From Alphaproteobacteria bacterium (lineage in GTDB: Bacteria; Pseudomonadota; Alphaproteobacteria; Rhizobiales; Hyphomicrobiaceae), in assembly GCA_018830445.1 (NCBI GenBank), contig JAHJSN010000036.1, positions 2,096 through 66,095 on the forward strand: 64,000 bases of DNA, in the 5' to 3' direction. The notes beneath the pieces were generated by a model. It saw only the letters and a list, made by a program, of their open reading frames with translations, was not told the DNA's origin and made no database searches. Positions 18,658 through 29,849 of this stretch are shown here, in pieces (position 1 is the first letter of the stretch; every line of letters starts with the position of its first letter). The position numbers were made by a program, and so were the translations under genes.

Positions 18658-20211
18658 ATGGCGACCAGCCCCGAGACCTATATCATCGCCAAATCCGAAA
18701 GCGGCAAGGCTCCAGGCGACGTCGTCGAATCCGGCAACGAAGCCGCACCGGGAATCGCCCGCCATGACGTCAAGGCCGTCAACGCCAAGGACGAGCGCAG
18801 CTTGTATGCCGAGCGCGTCGCGATCCATCCCAAGCGCGCGCGCGGCACATTCCGCAATCTGAAATGGATCACCATGGCGCTCACCCTCGGCGTCTATTAC
18901 CTGACGCCGTGGCTGCGGTGGGATCGCGGACCAGCGCTGCCCGATCAGGCTGTCCTCATCGACTTCGAGCACCAGCGTCTGTTCTTCGGACCGATGGAGA
19001 TCTGGGCCCAGGAGTTCTATTACGTCACCGGCCTGCTCGTACTCGCCTCGTTGGCCCTGTTCCTTGTGACGGCACTGGCTGGCCGCGTGTGGTGCGGCTA
19101 CGCCTGCCCGCAGACCGTCTGGACGGATCTTTTCGTCATGGTCGAACGCTGGGTGCAGGGCGACCGCAATGCTCGCCTGCGCCTTCAGAAGTCCCGGTGG
19201 TCGACGGAGAAGATCTGGAAGATTTCCCTCACTCACACACTCTGGCTGCTGATCTCGGTGATCACCGGCGGCGCATTCATCTTCTACTTTCGCGATGCAC
19301 CGACACTAGCGCAGGAACTCTTCTCAGGAACCGCACCCTACGTCGCCTACCTGTTCCTCGGCATCTTCACCTTCACGACCTACGCGCTCGGCGGCCTCGC
19401 TCGCGAGCAGGTCTGCATCTACATGTGTCCCTGGCCTCGCATCCAGGGCGCCATGTTCGATGACCACTCTCTTCTGGTCAGCTACCGGACGCACCGCGGC
19501 GAACCCAGAGGCCCGCACAAGAAAGGCGAGCCCTGGGAGGGGCGCGGCGACTGCATCGACTGCAAGCAATGCGTCGTGGTCTGCCCGATGGGCATCGACA
19601 TTCGCGACGGTGCGCAGCTGGAATGCATTCAGTGCGCCTTGTGCATCGACGCGTGCAACGAGATCATGGACAAGATCGACCGTCCGCGAAACCTCATTGC
19701 CTATGATACCTTCCATAATCTGAAGGCTGCCGAGACCGGCGGCAGCGTCCCGGTCAAGATTTTCCGGCCGCGCACCATTCTCTACATGGTTCTATTGCCC
19801 GCCGTCCTTGGGCTGATGGCCTATGGCTGGGTCAACCGTTCGGAATTGCAGGTCAACGTCCTGCGCGACCGCAACCCATTGTTCGTGCGCCTATCCGACG
19901 GCGGCGTGCGCAACGGTTATACCGTCAAAATTTTGAACAAGCGGCACGAGACACGCAACTTCAGGATTTCGATCGACGGACTGCCCGACGCCGCCGCGAC
20001 ACCCGCAATCAATATTGTCGGCATCGAAACTGCCGACCCTGAAATAGCCGTTGTGCCCGATGACTTGAGAGCCTTGCGGGTCTACCTTTCGCTACCGGCG
20101 GACACGGTGAAATCATTGAAGGACGAGGCAACCGACCTGACATTCGTCGTCACCGACACCGGCGACGGCTCCCAAACCCGCCGCACCACCAACTTCCGGA
20201 GACCCAAATAA
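18658..20211 (+). CDS. ccoG: cbb3 oxidase accessory protein CcoG/FixG (4Fe-4S ferredoxin-type membrane protein)
   Basis: CGYACPQ, CIYMCPW, CIDCKQCVVVCP and CIQCALCIDACN. The start was set at ATG 18658 (MATSPETY). Confidence 0.92.
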   Translation: MATSPETYIIAKSESGKAPGDVVESGNEAAPGIARHDVKAVNAKDERSLYAERVAIHPKRARGTFRNLKWITMALTLGVYYLTPWLRWDRGPALPDQAVLIDFEHQRLFFGPMEIWAQEFYYVTGLLVLASLALFLVTALAGRVWCGYACPQTVWTDLFVMVERWVQGDRNARLRLQKSRWSTEKIWKISLTHTLWLLISVITGGAFIFYFRDAPTLAQELFSGTAPYVAYLFLGIFTFTTYALGGLAREQVCIYMCPWPRIQGAMFDDHSLLVSYRTHRGEPRGPHKKGEPWEGRGDCIDCKQCVVVCPMGIDIRDGAQLECIQCALCIDACNEIMDKIDRPRNLIAYDTFHNLKAAETGGSVPVKIFRPRTILYMVLLPAVLGLMAYGWVNRSELQVNVLRDRNPLFVRLSDGGVRNGYTVKILNKRHETRNFRISIDGLPDAAATPAINIVGIETADPEIAVVPDDLRALRVYLSLPADTVKSLKDEATDLTFVVTDTGDGSQTRRTTNFRRPK

Positions 20212-20735
20212 TGGCGACGTCCTCGAACCAGTACTCCAGAAGCGGCAATGGCGATGGATGGACCCTGAACGGCTGGCATGTCCTGGCCGGGCTGACGGCA
20301 TTCTTTGGCGTCATGATCGCCGCGAACGGCATCTTCCTCTACTACGCCATGACGACGTTCACCGGCATCGAAACCGCGGATGCCTACCGCATCGGAGTTG
20401 CCTATAACGCCCGCCTCGAGGAAGCCCGCCAACTCGACAAGCTCGGCTGGGATGGGAAATTGAAATCCGCCGGCGGCGCAATCGAACTCACCTTGAAAAA
20501 TGCCAACGGAGAACCGGTTCGTGGCGTCCGCGTCGAAGGCAAGGTCGGCCGGCCGTCGACCGACGCCTTCGACCGGCCCGTTACATTCCAGGACGCAGGC
20601 GGCGGCATCTATCGCAGCGAGTCGGTCGAACTGGCTCCGGGCAATTGGATTGTCGCCATCGAGGCCAGCGATCCCCTGACCAAGGGCGCATTGCCCAGCT
20701 ACCGGCTGAAGGAGCGGCTATGGCTCTCGCAGTAG
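20211..20735 (+). CDS. ccoH: CcoH/FixH assembly protein
   Basis: 174 aa with a single N-terminal TM segment and an NGWHVL motif. It holds the canonical position between ccoG and ccoI, and its start overlaps the ccoG stop. Confidence 0.85.
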   Translation: MATSSNQYSRSGNGDGWTLNGWHVLAGLTAFFGVMIAANGIFLYYAMTTFTGIETADAYRIGVAYNARLEEARQLDKLGWDGKLKSAGGAIELTLKNANGEPVRGVRVEGKVGRPSTDAFDRPVTFQDAGGGIYRSESVELAPGNWIVAIEASDPLTKGALPSYRLKERLWLSQ

Positions 20736-22960
20736 ATTTCGATACCCAACGGATCGCCCCGCAGGCCAGCCGCAAAGTTGCCCAACCCGGCGAAGCGCAG
20801 GAGCACGTCGTCCTCGCGGTCGAGAACCTCAACTGCGGCGGCTGCATGCGAAAGATCGAGCGCAGCCTGCACGAAGCCCCGGGTATCGCCAGTGTGCGGG
20901 CCAACCTGTCCGCAAAGCGCGTCAGCGTGACCTTCGACCCGCAGACGACGGGCACCGAAGCGATCATTTCCACGCTGGCCGGAGCCGGCTTCCGCGCCGC
21001 CGATCTTGCCGTCTCCCCAGCGAGCGAAACCATCAGCGCCGACCGCGACCTGCTGCGCAGGCTGGCGGTGGCGGGCTTCGCTGCGGCCAACATCATGCTG
21101 CTGTCGGTATCCGTCTGGGCAGGCCTTGCAAGCGACATGGACCCCGAGATCCAGTCGCTGTTCCACTGGCTCTCCGCCCTTATAGCGCTGCCCGCGATCG
21201 CCTACGCCGGCCAACCCTTCTTTCGCTCGGCCCTGACCGCGCTCAACGCCTGGCGCCTCAACATGGACGTGCCGATCTCGCTGGCGCTGCTGCTGGCAAC
21301 CGGCATGAGTCTCGCGCAAACGATTCGCGGCACCGAGCAGGTCTACTTCGACGCCGGGGTCTCGCTCGTCTTCTTCCTGCTGATCGGCCGCTATCTCGAC
21401 CAGAGCCTGAGGAGCCGGGCCAAAGGCGCCGCGCAAAACCTTCTCGGCCTGAAGTCGGGCTGGGCAACCGTCCTCAACGATGACGGCACGAGCGAGCGCC
21501 TGCCTGCCCGCGCGTTGCTTGCAGGTATGCGCATCCTCGTTCCGGCAGGCGAACGGATTGCGGTAGACGGCCGCATCGTCTCCGGCACCACCGACATCGA
21601 CGAGCAACTCATCACCGGCGAAACGCTCCCGCGCACAGCCCGCCCCGGCGATACCGTTTACGCCGGCACCACCGCATTGACCGCCCCCGTCGAAGTCGAA
21701 GCCACCGCCGCCGATGACGCAACCCTGATTGCCGAAATCGCCCGGCTGATGGAAACCGCCGAGCAGAACAAGGGCCGCTACGTCCGCCTTGCCGACAAGG
21801 CCGCCGCTCTTTACGCCCCCGTCGTCCATGCGCTCGGCCTTGCGACGTTCCTCGGCTGGGTCTTGCTCGGCGCCAGCTGGGAAACGGCGCTGACGACGGC
21901 CATCTCGGTGCTCATCATCACCTGCCCCTGCGCCCTGGCCCTGGCTGTCCCCGCAGTCCAGGTTGCCGCCACCAGCCGCTTGTTCAAGCATGGCGTCATC
22001 ATGACGGCATCCGACGGCCTGGAAAGGCTCGCCGAAGTCGATACGATCGTTTTCGACAAGACCGGCACCCTGACGCTCGGTGAGCCGGAACTGACCAACG
22101 CCACCGATATTCCCGACAGCACGCTTGCCGCGGCGGCAGCGCTTGCGATGACAAGCCGCCACCCTTACGCCCAGGCTGTTGTCCGCGCCGCCCGCAACCG
22201 CGGCCTGGAGTTCCAGCCGCTCAGCGACGTCAATGAAACGCCCGGTGCCGGGCTCTCGCACTCCGGCGAAAATGGCCTGGAAGTCAGATTGGGATCGGCC
22301 GAATGGTGCGGGGCCGCGAACCCGGCAGTCGCCATTGGCACCGATAGCACCGGCGACAACGCCGCCTCGCTCTACTACTTGCCGGCCCCTGGCAGCTCGC
22401 CGGTTGCATTTCAATTCATCGACGCAATGCGTGCCGATGCCGCCGAAACAATCGCGCTGGCCCGCACGGCAGGCTTTCAGGTGACGCTGCTTTCGGGCGA
22501 CCGAGTAAAAGCAGTCAAGCAAACCGCAACGGCGGCTGGCATCGAAGATTGGCTCGCTGCACGACGCCCGCACGAAAAGATCGCCGAACTCGACAGGCTG
22601 AAGGCAGCAGGCCATCGCGCGTTGATGGTCGGAGACGGTCTCAACGATGCACCCGCGTTGGCCGCCGCCCACGCCTCGCTGTCACCGGCTTCGGCCGCAG
22701 AAGTCAGCCAGATCGCCTCCGACGGCATCATCCAGGGCAGCCGTCTGGCGCCGATAATCGAGACGATTGCCGTTGCCCGCCGCGCCCGCCGCATGTCGCT
22801 TGAGAACTTCGCGATCGCCGCTGCCTACAATGCGATCTGCATCCCGCTTGCCATGCTGGGCTTCGTGACCCCGCTGATCGCGGCGATCGCGATGTCGGCC
22901 TCCTCCATCATCGTGACTGCGAATGCCTTGCGCCTGACGACGGCCAAGCTCAAACTGTGA
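20721..22960 (+). CDS. ccoI: Copper-translocating P1B-type ATPase CcoI/FixI
   Basis: N-terminal HMA domain with NCGGC, the TM CPC motif (ITCPCAL), DKTGTLT and VGDGLNDAPALA. The ATG at 20721 follows AGGAG. Confidence 0.95.
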
Positions 22961-23050
22961 ACTGACACGGCAGCCCGGCAACGCCATCTGGCAACGCCGG
23001 CATGCATGACCTGCCTGTCACAAGCCGGAACAACACGGGGACTCGCCACG

Positions 23051-23215
23051 ATGACCGCGCTCGCCTGGCTCATACCCGCAGCCCTGTTTCTCGGCCTCAT
23101 TGGACTTGCGGGCTTTCTCTGGGCGTTGAAGTCCGGACAGTTCGAAGATCTCGACGGCGCCGCCTACCGCATCCTTGAGGATGACGACGAATCAACGTCC
23201 AACGATAAGCGATAA
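23051..23215 (+). CDS. ccoS: CcoS/FixS cbb3 maturation protein
   Basis: MTALAWLIPAALFLGLIGLAGFLWALKSGQFEDLDGAAYRILEDDD is the typical CcoS sequence. Confidence 0.88.
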   Translation: MTALAWLIPAALFLGLIGLAGFLWALKSGQFEDLDGAAYRILEDDDESTSNDKR

Positions 23216-23273
23216 ACTCGAATGACTCCGGCTGGCGGCCGTTCAACCGGCCACCCAAGTGCCGCAACCTTTC

Positions 23274-24068
23274 CTACTCTGGCGAAACGTGAACCAGATC
23301 GCGGTAAGCGTGCCAGGTCGCATGCCCGACGAGCGGAAACGCCACGACCAGCCCCACGAACGCCAGCGCAATACCGCAAGCCATGATCCCCGCAATCAGC
23401 GCCGCCCAAAGCATCATCGGCACTGGGTTCTTCACAACCGTCTGAATGCTCAGGAAGATTGCGGTGATGAAATCGACCCTCTCGGTCATCAGCATCGGGA
23501 TCGAAACGACCGAGACCGCATAAGCCAGCAGCGCCAGGCCCGCGCCAACCATGGTCCCCGTGATCAGCAGGCCGAGACCGTGACTCGTGAACAGCAGTTC
23601 AGGTACGAACCGCTCGGCCGGGGGCAGAACTGCATCGCCGAAGAATACCGCAAACAGCAGGAACGCAAACCGCAGCCAGGCCGAGAAAATGAATAACAGC
23701 ACGAACCCCATGTATACGAGCTGCAATGGCGATTGCGTCTTGACCCGCAGGACCGAGCTGATGGTGACAGGCTCCCCTGCCGCCCGCCGCCGCGAAATCT
23801 CATAAAGCCCGACGGCAAACAGCGGACCCAGGATCAAAAATCCGCCTGCTAGCGCCAACACCACCGACTGCAATCCTACAAACGTCAAGCCGTCCACGAG
23901 CGCAATGGAAACGGCGGCAAAGACCGCACCGTAACCAAGACTGAGCCCGGGCGTCGCGACAAGATCCCTCCACCCGGCCGCAAGCCAATTCCATGGCTCG
24001 TCGAATACGACCGAATTCACCACGTAATTCGACGCTGTTTCAGCCTCGCCGCGACCAATTGCAACCAT
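23274..24068 (-). CDS. DUF2189-type integral membrane protein (often found beside cbb3 clusters)
   Basis: PWNWLAAGWRDL...PG.SLGYG and about 6 TM segments. The family assignment is from memory of the motif. Confidence 0.6.
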   Translation of the reverse strand: MVAIGRGEAETASNYVVNSVVFDEPWNWLAAGWRDLVATPGLSLGYGAVFAAVSIALVDGLTFVGLQSVVLALAGGFLILGPLFAVGLYEISRRRAAGEPVTISSVLRVKTQSPLQLVYMGFVLLFIFSAWLRFAFLLFAVFFGDAVLPPAERFVPELLFTSHGLGLLITGTMVGAGLALLAYAVSVVSIPMLMTERVDFITAIFLSIQTVVKNPVPMMLWAALIAGIMACGIALAFVGLVVAFPLVGHATWHAYRDLVHVSPE

Positions 24069-24167
24069 CGTGTCCCTATCCGATCAACGCCGCATGCCTC
24101 GCCAGTCCCAGGCCTCACCAGTCCCAGACGGGCCAGCCGCCCTTACCACGTATTCTGAACGACGCCA

Positions 24168-24181
24168 TTGAGTCAGGTCAA
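24168..24181. promoter_or_regulatory. Candidate FixK-type box TTGA-N6-TCAA
   Basis: TTGAGTCAGGTCAA lies 100 nt upstream of the DUF2189 gene start and about 110 nt upstream of the MarR gene. The two inner positions deviate from TTGAT/ATCAA. Confidence 0.3.
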
Positions 24182-24287
24182 TCCGGCTTTTTGGGCGCCC
24201 CTCACGGCGATGTGAGCCCGACAGGCTTGCAGGCATCGAGTGAAAGTGCAAAACATGATAAATGTGCAGATGCACTCAACGAAGCGG

Positions 24288-24734
24288 ATGGTTTCTGAAA
24301 TGCAGACCTCTTTCAACGAGCCGATCAATTGCGGCTGTTTCAACGTCAGGCGCGCCGCCCGCAAACTGACCCAGGTTTACGACCGCCATCTGAAGCCATC
24401 AGGGCTGCAGGCAACCCAGTTCACCTTGCTGGCCATGCTTGCAGACAGCCAGGTACACGATGGTGTGCTGATGACCGAACTCGCTGCAAGAATGGGAATG
24501 GACCGCACAACCCTCACCCGCAACCTTGCTGTCGCCGAAAGACCGGGCTGGATCGAGATCAATCAGGGTGTGGACCGGCGGCAGCGGCGCATCAAGCTGG
24601 CAGCCGCGGGCAGGGAGCGGCTGCGCAAGGCTATGCCGCTTTGGCGAAACGCCCAAGACGAACTCGAACAGGCACTCGGCGCCGCCAGCCTCAATTCACT
24701 TCTCAAATTGACCCATCGCCTCGACGCTCTCTGA
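24288..24734 (+). CDS. MarR-family transcriptional regulator
   Basis: Winged-helix pattern ...GLQATQFTLLAML...MTELAARMGMDRTTLTRNLAVAERPGWIE...DRRQRRIKLAAAGRE. The start is ambiguous (24240, 24288 or 24300). Confidence 0.85.
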   Translation: MVSEMQTSFNEPINCGCFNVRRAARKLTQVYDRHLKPSGLQATQFTLLAMLADSQVHDGVLMTELAARMGMDRTTLTRNLAVAERPGWIEINQGVDRRQRRIKLAAAGRERLRKAMPLWRNAQDELEQALGAASLNSLLKLTHRLDAL

Positions 24735-24815
24735 TTCCCCGCCAACGGGAAAAAGCCGGTGGTACAAATGCCGCCAAAATACGTGTAGCAACACTTAAAT
24801 GGTGGAGACATATCG

Positions 24816-25460
24816 ATGACCGACATGACAATCTCCCCCCGGAAGACCGGCTCGCGAGGACCCACCCAGCTGCGCTGGCTGACCGCCGGCATGCTGGCTT
24901 GGGCCGCACTCGTCGTCACGCTCGCCGTGCGCGGCACGTTTGACGTCCCACCGAACGCACCCGCGCTGCCGACAGTCGCGGCAATGGCGACACCGGTGTT
25001 GCTGTTTGCTGCAGCGATGATTGCCGCTCCGAACCTGCGCGCCCGCGCCATGGCCTTGGTCCCCGTTCTGCCCACGCATTTCCAGGCCTGGCGAATTCTC
25101 GGAGGATTATTCCTGGCCGTTTATGCCTTCGGTCACCTGCCGGGCTTTTTCGCCTGGCCTGCGGGACTGGGTGATGTTGCCGTCGGAATCGCGGCAGCGT
25201 TCGTCGCACTCACCCTGTCCCGCAACGGTGACATCCTCCATCGCGGTGGTTTCCGGACATTTCATTTCCTCGGCCTGAGCAATTTCGTCATCGCATTCGC
25301 CACCGGTCTCGCCGCGCGCAACGCCATTTCAGGATTTGTGACCGGCGTCACCACGGCACCGATGGGCCAGATCCCGCTCGTCTTGATCCCGGCCTTCGTG
25401 GTGCCCGCGTTCATCATCCTGCATCTCATCGTATTGATGCAGTCCTATGCCCGCCGTTAG
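24816..25460 (+). CDS. Integral membrane protein of unknown function
   Basis: 214 aa with about 6 hydrophobic segments and coding-like GC3, immediately downstream of the MarR gene. It is followed by a GGGAGCGCC/GGCGCTCCC hairpin (25475..25497). Confidence 0.6.
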   Translation: MTDMTISPRKTGSRGPTQLRWLTAGMLAWAALVVTLAVRGTFDVPPNAPALPTVAAMATPVLLFAAAMIAAPNLRARAMALVPVLPTHFQAWRILGGLFLAVYAFGHLPGFFAWPAGLGDVAVGIAAAFVALTLSRNGDILHRGGFRTFHFLGLSNFVIAFATGLAARNAISGFVTGVTTAPMGQIPLVLIPAFVVPAFIILHLIVLMQSYARR

Positions 25461-25775
25461 CGCGGACGCTTGAAGGGAGCGCCATCAGGCGCTCCCGCGC
25501 GAAACCGCACAATAATATGAACCGGCTGGACCCGTTTCTTGCAGTCTCCCCGCACCTGCCGCCAATCCGCCATACCCGCGCTGAATTCTCCAATTCGAAT
25601 ACTTGATAATGCGAAAAAGTGCATTGATCCGAGGCAACCAGCCTGCGTGTTCCACATGCCATTCGTCGCCCGCGCCACTTGGACAACTTGGCAGTCCGGC
25701 CCGACACCTGTAGATACTCGCATCGCTGTTGGCCCCAAGCCAAACGCACCGATGACAGCAAAGTAGCGAGGACCT

Positions 25776-26678
25776 GTGCAAAAGAGCAGGCATCTAAAGG
25801 ACCTGGAAGCCGAAAGCATCCACATCCTTCGTGAAGTCGCCGGCCAATTCGAGCGGCCTGTGCTTATGTATTCAATCGGCAAGGACTCATCGGTCCTCCT
25901 GCAACTTGCCTTGAAGGCCTTCTACCCCGCCAAGCCTCCATTCCCGTTACTCCACGTCGACACGACCTGGAAGTTCCGCGAGATGATCGCCTTTCGGGAC
26001 GAAACCGCCACCCGGCACGGCCTGAACCTGATCGTTCACATCAATCAGGACGGTATTGCAAGAGGCATCAGCCCCATCACTCACGGCAGTGCCTCCCACA
26101 CCGACATCATGAAGACGCAGGCGCTTCGCCAGGCCCTCGTCAAGCACAAGTTCGATGCCGCGATCGGTGGCGCACGCCGCGACGAAGAAAAATCGCGTGC
26201 CAAGGAGCGCATTTTTTCCCACCGCACCGCTGATCATCGCTGGGATCCCAAGAAGCAGCGCCCCGAGCTCTGGCAGACTTACAACGGCCGATTGTCACCG
26301 GGCGAGACGATGCGCGTCTTTCCGATGTCGAATTGGACCGAACTTGACGTTTGGGAATACATACTCGCCGAACAAATCCCCGTCGTGCCGCTCTACTTCG
26401 CCGCCGACCGCCCGGTGATCGAGCGCGACGGCACGTTGATTATGGTCGACGACGACCGGATCCAGCTCGATCCCGACGAATCGCCGCAGATGATGCGAGT
26501 GCGCTTCCGCACACTTGGCTGTTATCCATTGACCGGGGCCATTCCCTCAACTGCCGAAAGCGTCGCCGATATCGTCAACGAGATCAAAACCGCCCGTACC
26601 TCCGAACGCCAGGGCCGGGTGATCGACCAGGATCAGTCCGGGTCGATGGAAAAGAAGAAAGAAGAGGGGTACTTCTGA
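25776..26678 (+). CDS. cysD: Sulfate adenylyltransferase subunit 2
   Basis: [12 protein letters not shown]......[15 protein letters not shown] (PAPS-reductase-like fold) with a ...[13 protein letters not shown]-terminus. The GTG start follows GAGGA. Confidence 0.95.
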   Translation: MQKSRHLKDLEAESIHILREVAGQFERPVLMYSIGKDSSVLLQLALKAFYPAKPPFPLLHVDTTWKFREMIAFRDETATRHGLNLIVHINQDGIARGISPITHGSASHTDIMKTQALRQALVKHKFDAAIGGARRDEEKSRAKERIFSHRTADHRWDPKKQRPELWQTYNGRLSPGETMRVFPMSNWTELDVWEYILAEQIPVVPLYFAADRPVIERDGTLIMVDDDRIQLDPDESPQMMRVRFRTLGCYPLTGAIPSTAESVADIVNEIKTARTSERQGRVIDQDQSGSMEKKKEEGYF

Positions 26679-28597
26679 TGAATGAGGCAGCAGCGCGCCC
26701 CGCGAGCACCACTGACGCCGCCGGTCCCGGCCACGCAAGCCCCGATGGTGAAATGCCCATCCTGCGCTTCCTCACATGCGGCAGCGTCGATGACGGCAAA
26801 TCATCTCTGATCGGCCGCCTGCTCTTCGACTGCCAGCTGATCCATGACGATACCCTTGCAAGCCTGACCGCCGAAAGCCGCCAGTTCGGCACCACCGGCG
26901 GCAAGCTCGACCTTGCCCTCCTCGTCGATGGCCTGCAGGCCGAGCGCGAACAGGGCATCACCATCGATGTCGCCTATCGCTACTTCTCGACCCCGCGCCG
27001 CAAATTCATCGTCGCCGACACCCCAGGCCACGAGCAGTACACCCGCAACATGGCCACCGGCGCCTCGCGCTGCGACCTCGCGATCATTCTCGTCGATGCC
27101 CGCAAGGGAATCTTGACCCAGACACGGCGCCACAGCTGCATTGCCCACCTTCTCGGCATCGAACACGTCATCCTCGCCGTCAACAAGATGGACCTGATAG
27201 CCTTCGATGAGGAACGTTTCACCGAAATAGACAACGCCTACCGCGCTTTCGCCGACGAGCTTGGCATTGCCAAGGTCACCGCAATTCCACTGTCGGCACT
27301 TGACGGTGACAACATCTCAAGGCGCAGCGATAGAATGCCCTGGTATGAGGGGCCGACGCTCCTGGAAAAGCTCGAGTCCGTCGACGTATCGAGCGCTGCG
27401 GCAGCCGCTCCCATGCGCATGCCGGTGCAGTGGGTATGCCGTCCCGACCTCGATTTCCGGGGTTACGCCGGCACTCTGACTTCGGGTTCTGTCCGTACCG
27501 GCGACAACGTCGTCGCACTGCCGGGCGCCCGCTCCAGCATCGTTACCCGCATCGTGACCGCCGACGGCGACCTCGAATCAGCCACGGCCGGCGACGCCGT
27601 CATGCTCACCCTTGCCGATGAGATCGACATCTCGCGCGGCGACGTCATCTGCCTTAAGAATGACCGGGCGGAAGTCGCCGATCAGTTCTCCGCCGACATC
27701 GTCTGGATGAGTGAGCAACCCCTCCTCAAGGGCCGTCCCTACATTCTGCGCTGCGGCCAGCAGACAACCATCTGCCAGATCAGCGAACTCAAGCATACCC
27801 TCAACGTCGAGAACCTCGATCACATTGCCAACCGCAAGTTGGAGCTGAACGAGATCGGCCTGTGCAATCTCACTGTCACCAAGCCCATCGTCTTCGATCA
27901 CTATCATGACAACCGCTCGACCGGCGGTTTCATCCTTATCGACCGTGTGACGAATGAGACCGTCGGCGCGGGAATGATCCGCTTTTCGCTGCGCCGTGCC
28001 CACAACGTCCATTGGCAGGCTGTCGACATCCACAAGAGCGCACGCTCAACCCTCAAGCATCAAAGGGCCTGCTGCCTGTGGTTCACGGGACTTTCCGGTT
28101 CGGGAAAATCGACGGTCGCCAACCTGCTCGAGAAACGTCTCTACACGCAGGGGCGACATACTTATCTCCTCGACGGAGACAACGTCCGCCACGGCCTCAA
28201 CCGGGACCTGGGCTTCACTGATGCCGACCGCGTCGAGAATATCCGCCGCGTCACCGAGGTTGCCCGGCTCATGGTCGATGCCGGCCTCATCACGCTTGTA
28301 TCCTTCATCTCGCCATTCCGCGCCGAGCGCCGGTTTGCCCGCGAACGCTTCGAAGGCGAAGAGTTTCTTGAAATCTTTGTCGACACGCCCCTGAAAATCT
28401 GCGAATCCCGCGACGCCAAGGGCCTCTATGCAAAGGCGAGAGCTGGTGAAATCAAGAACTTCACCGGCATATCCTCACCTTACGAAGCCCCCGATGCCGC
28501 CGAAATAGTGTTGCCGGGCGGCGCCAAGTCACCAGAAGATCTGGCTGACGACATCGTCGCGTTTCTGATAGAAAAACAGTTCATCGACGAAATCTGA
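26678..28597 (+). CDS. cysNC: Bifunctional sulfate adenylyltransferase subunit 1 / adenylylsulfate (APS) kinase (NodQ-like CysN-CysC fusion)
   Basis: GTPase motifs [17 protein letters not shown] and NKMD, then the APS-kinase P-loop [13 protein letters not shown]. The ATG at 26678 overlaps the cysD TGA. The part of the ORF track upstream of it is out-of-gene read-through. Confidence 0.95.
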   Translation: MNEAAARPASTTDAAGPGHASPDGEMPILRFLTCGSVDDGKSSLIGRLLFDCQLIHDDTLASLTAESRQFGTTGGKLDLALLVDGLQAEREQGITIDVAYRYFSTPRRKFIVADTPGHEQYTRNMATGASRCDLAIILVDARKGILTQTRRHSCIAHLLGIEHVILAVNKMDLIAFDEERFTEIDNAYRAFADELGIAKVTAIPLSALDGDNISRRSDRMPWYEGPTLLEKLESVDVSSAAAAAPMRMPVQWVCRPDLDFRGYAGTLTSGSVRTGDNVVALPGARSSIVTRIVTADGDLESATAGDAVMLTLADEIDISRGDVICLKNDRAEVADQFSADIVWMSEQPLLKGRPYILRCGQQTTICQISELKHTLNVENLDHIANRKLELNEIGLCNLTVTKPIVFDHYHDNRSTGGFILIDRVTNETVGAGMIRFSLRRAHNVHWQAVDIHKSARSTLKHQRACCLWFTGLSGSGKSTVANLLEKRLYTQGRHTYLLDGDNVRHGLNRDLGFTDADRVENIRRVTEVARLMVDAGLITLVSFISPFRAERRFARERFEGEEFLEIFVDTPLKICESRDAKGLYAKARAGEIKNFTGISSPYEAPDAAEIVLPGGAKSPEDLADDIVAFLIEKQFIDEI

Positions 28598-28610
28598 TTG
28601 GAATCCCTTC

Positions 28611-29801
28611 ATGGCTACCAGCGACGCCGTCCCACCGGGTGTCGAAACGTCCCCAGGTCGAGGCGAGCAGACTCGCACCGCCGCGAAAGATCACCGCCTC
28701 TTGGATCACTTGGCCGCCTGGCGGGTCAAGACCGCCCATGCTTTTGCGACTCAGATCGGCGAATTGATCGCATTCGTGCGCCGTAACCTCTTTTACGCAT
28801 ATCTTTCGACCTGTGCCCTGTCGGTATTTTCACTCGCCATGAACCTGCTTGCACTGGCTGGAACCCTCAAGATCGCCTCGATGGTATTGTTCGATTGGAG
28901 CAAAGCGATCAAGCTCGCCGCAGCCTTGGGAATATCCATTGAAGGCGCCACGAAAGTCGACGTCGCCTGGATCGGCGCGGGCATCATCCTGCCGATCTAT
29001 CTTACCGCCGGTATTGCCGCCTTCATGGCCAGGAGAAGCCAGGTTGCATTGTCGGGGGAAGCCGAACGCGTTCTCTACCAGCGCTGCCTCCACCACCCCT
29101 CGCTGGACAGGCTTCTTAGGTCGGAAAATTTCCGCGCGTCAGCCCAGCGCGCCATCACCGTCTACGCGAATAGCTGCTTGTCCCTGGCGCTGATCCCCGG
29201 CCAGACGACTCTTTGCGCGATCATCGTGGTGATCCTCGCCTTCTTCCAGCCGATGCTGATAGCAATCGTTCTGGTCGTGCTGCTGCCGCTGCTGCTGCTC
29301 TATCTCGTGACTGGCAGGCGAGCGAGCGCCGCCAATACAATCCTCAAGGTCACGGATGCAAATCGCAAATTGCTCTTTCGTTCCATCATCGCCAACAAGC
29401 GCCAGGAGACATCCGCCGAAGCGCTGCAATCCACGCGCGACCAAATCCTGCAACTGACCGACGATATAGCAAGACAACGCTCCGTAGTCAGAGCCACCAA
29501 ATCGATCCCCGAGGCCGCGCTGTCTATCGTAACCGGATGCGTTCTGGCAACCGCCGTGGTTGTCCTGGCCAGCACGCCCGCGACCTCTGAACGCCTGATC
29601 TACCTGCTTATCGGATTCATCATGATCCGGTTTATGTTCGGTTACTTGAGAGGTGCGTTCGCGCAAATCCAGTCGATCGTGCAGAATCTCGACGAGATCC
29701 GCTTCATCAACAGCACGATCCTGAGCGAAAGCGTGACCGATGGAACCGAGATTCTGTTGGGTCGAGACGACGACGACGAACTCGACGATGCGGAAGAGTG
29801 A
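28611..29801 (+). CDS. Membrane protein with ABC-exporter-like 6-TM topology but no nucleotide-binding domain
   Basis: The TM1-2 / long loop / TM3-4 / long loop / TM5-6 arrangement is typical of type I ABC exporter TMDs. No Walker A/B or LSGGQ motif is present. It has an acidic C-terminus and starts 13 nt after the cysNC stop. Confidence 0.5.
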   Translation: MATSDAVPPGVETSPGRGEQTRTAAKDHRLLDHLAAWRVKTAHAFATQIGELIAFVRRNLFYAYLSTCALSVFSLAMNLLALAGTLKIASMVLFDWSKAIKLAAALGISIEGATKVDVAWIGAGIILPIYLTAGIAAFMARRSQVALSGEAERVLYQRCLHHPSLDRLLRSENFRASAQRAITVYANSCLSLALIPGQTTLCAIIVVILAFFQPMLIAIVLVVLLPLLLLYLVTGRRASAANTILKVTDANRKLLFRSIIANKRQETSAEALQSTRDQILQLTDDIARQRSVVRATKSIPEAALSIVTGCVLATAVVVLASTPATSERLIYLLIGFIMIRFMFGYLRGAFAQIQSIVQNLDEIRFINSTILSESVTDGTEILLGRDDDDELDDAEE

Positions 29802-29849
29802 CCCCGTTCGCAATTGTGCTCGGACCTTATAGGCCGCATCGGTCGAACT

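Noticed and set aside
20699-22672. 657-aa ORF antisense to ccoI
   Set aside because: The plus-strand product carries every P1B-ATPase motif. The antisense product has no motifs and extreme G/R/A content.
26351-26677. N-terminal 109-aa extension of cysNC given in the ORF track (and similar long 5' extensions of ychF, rplY, rph, the adenosine deaminase, tlyA, ccoG and ccoI)
   Set aside because: The extensions overlap the upstream gene or intergenic DNA, are R/P-rich, and precede internal starts that align with conserved N-termini and Shine-Dalgarno-like sequences.
28611-29801. Complete ABC transporter or T1SS component for the RTX protease
   Set aside because: No Walker A/B or signature motif occurs anywhere in the ORF or adjacent to it. 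Only the membrane-domain-like topology is supported.
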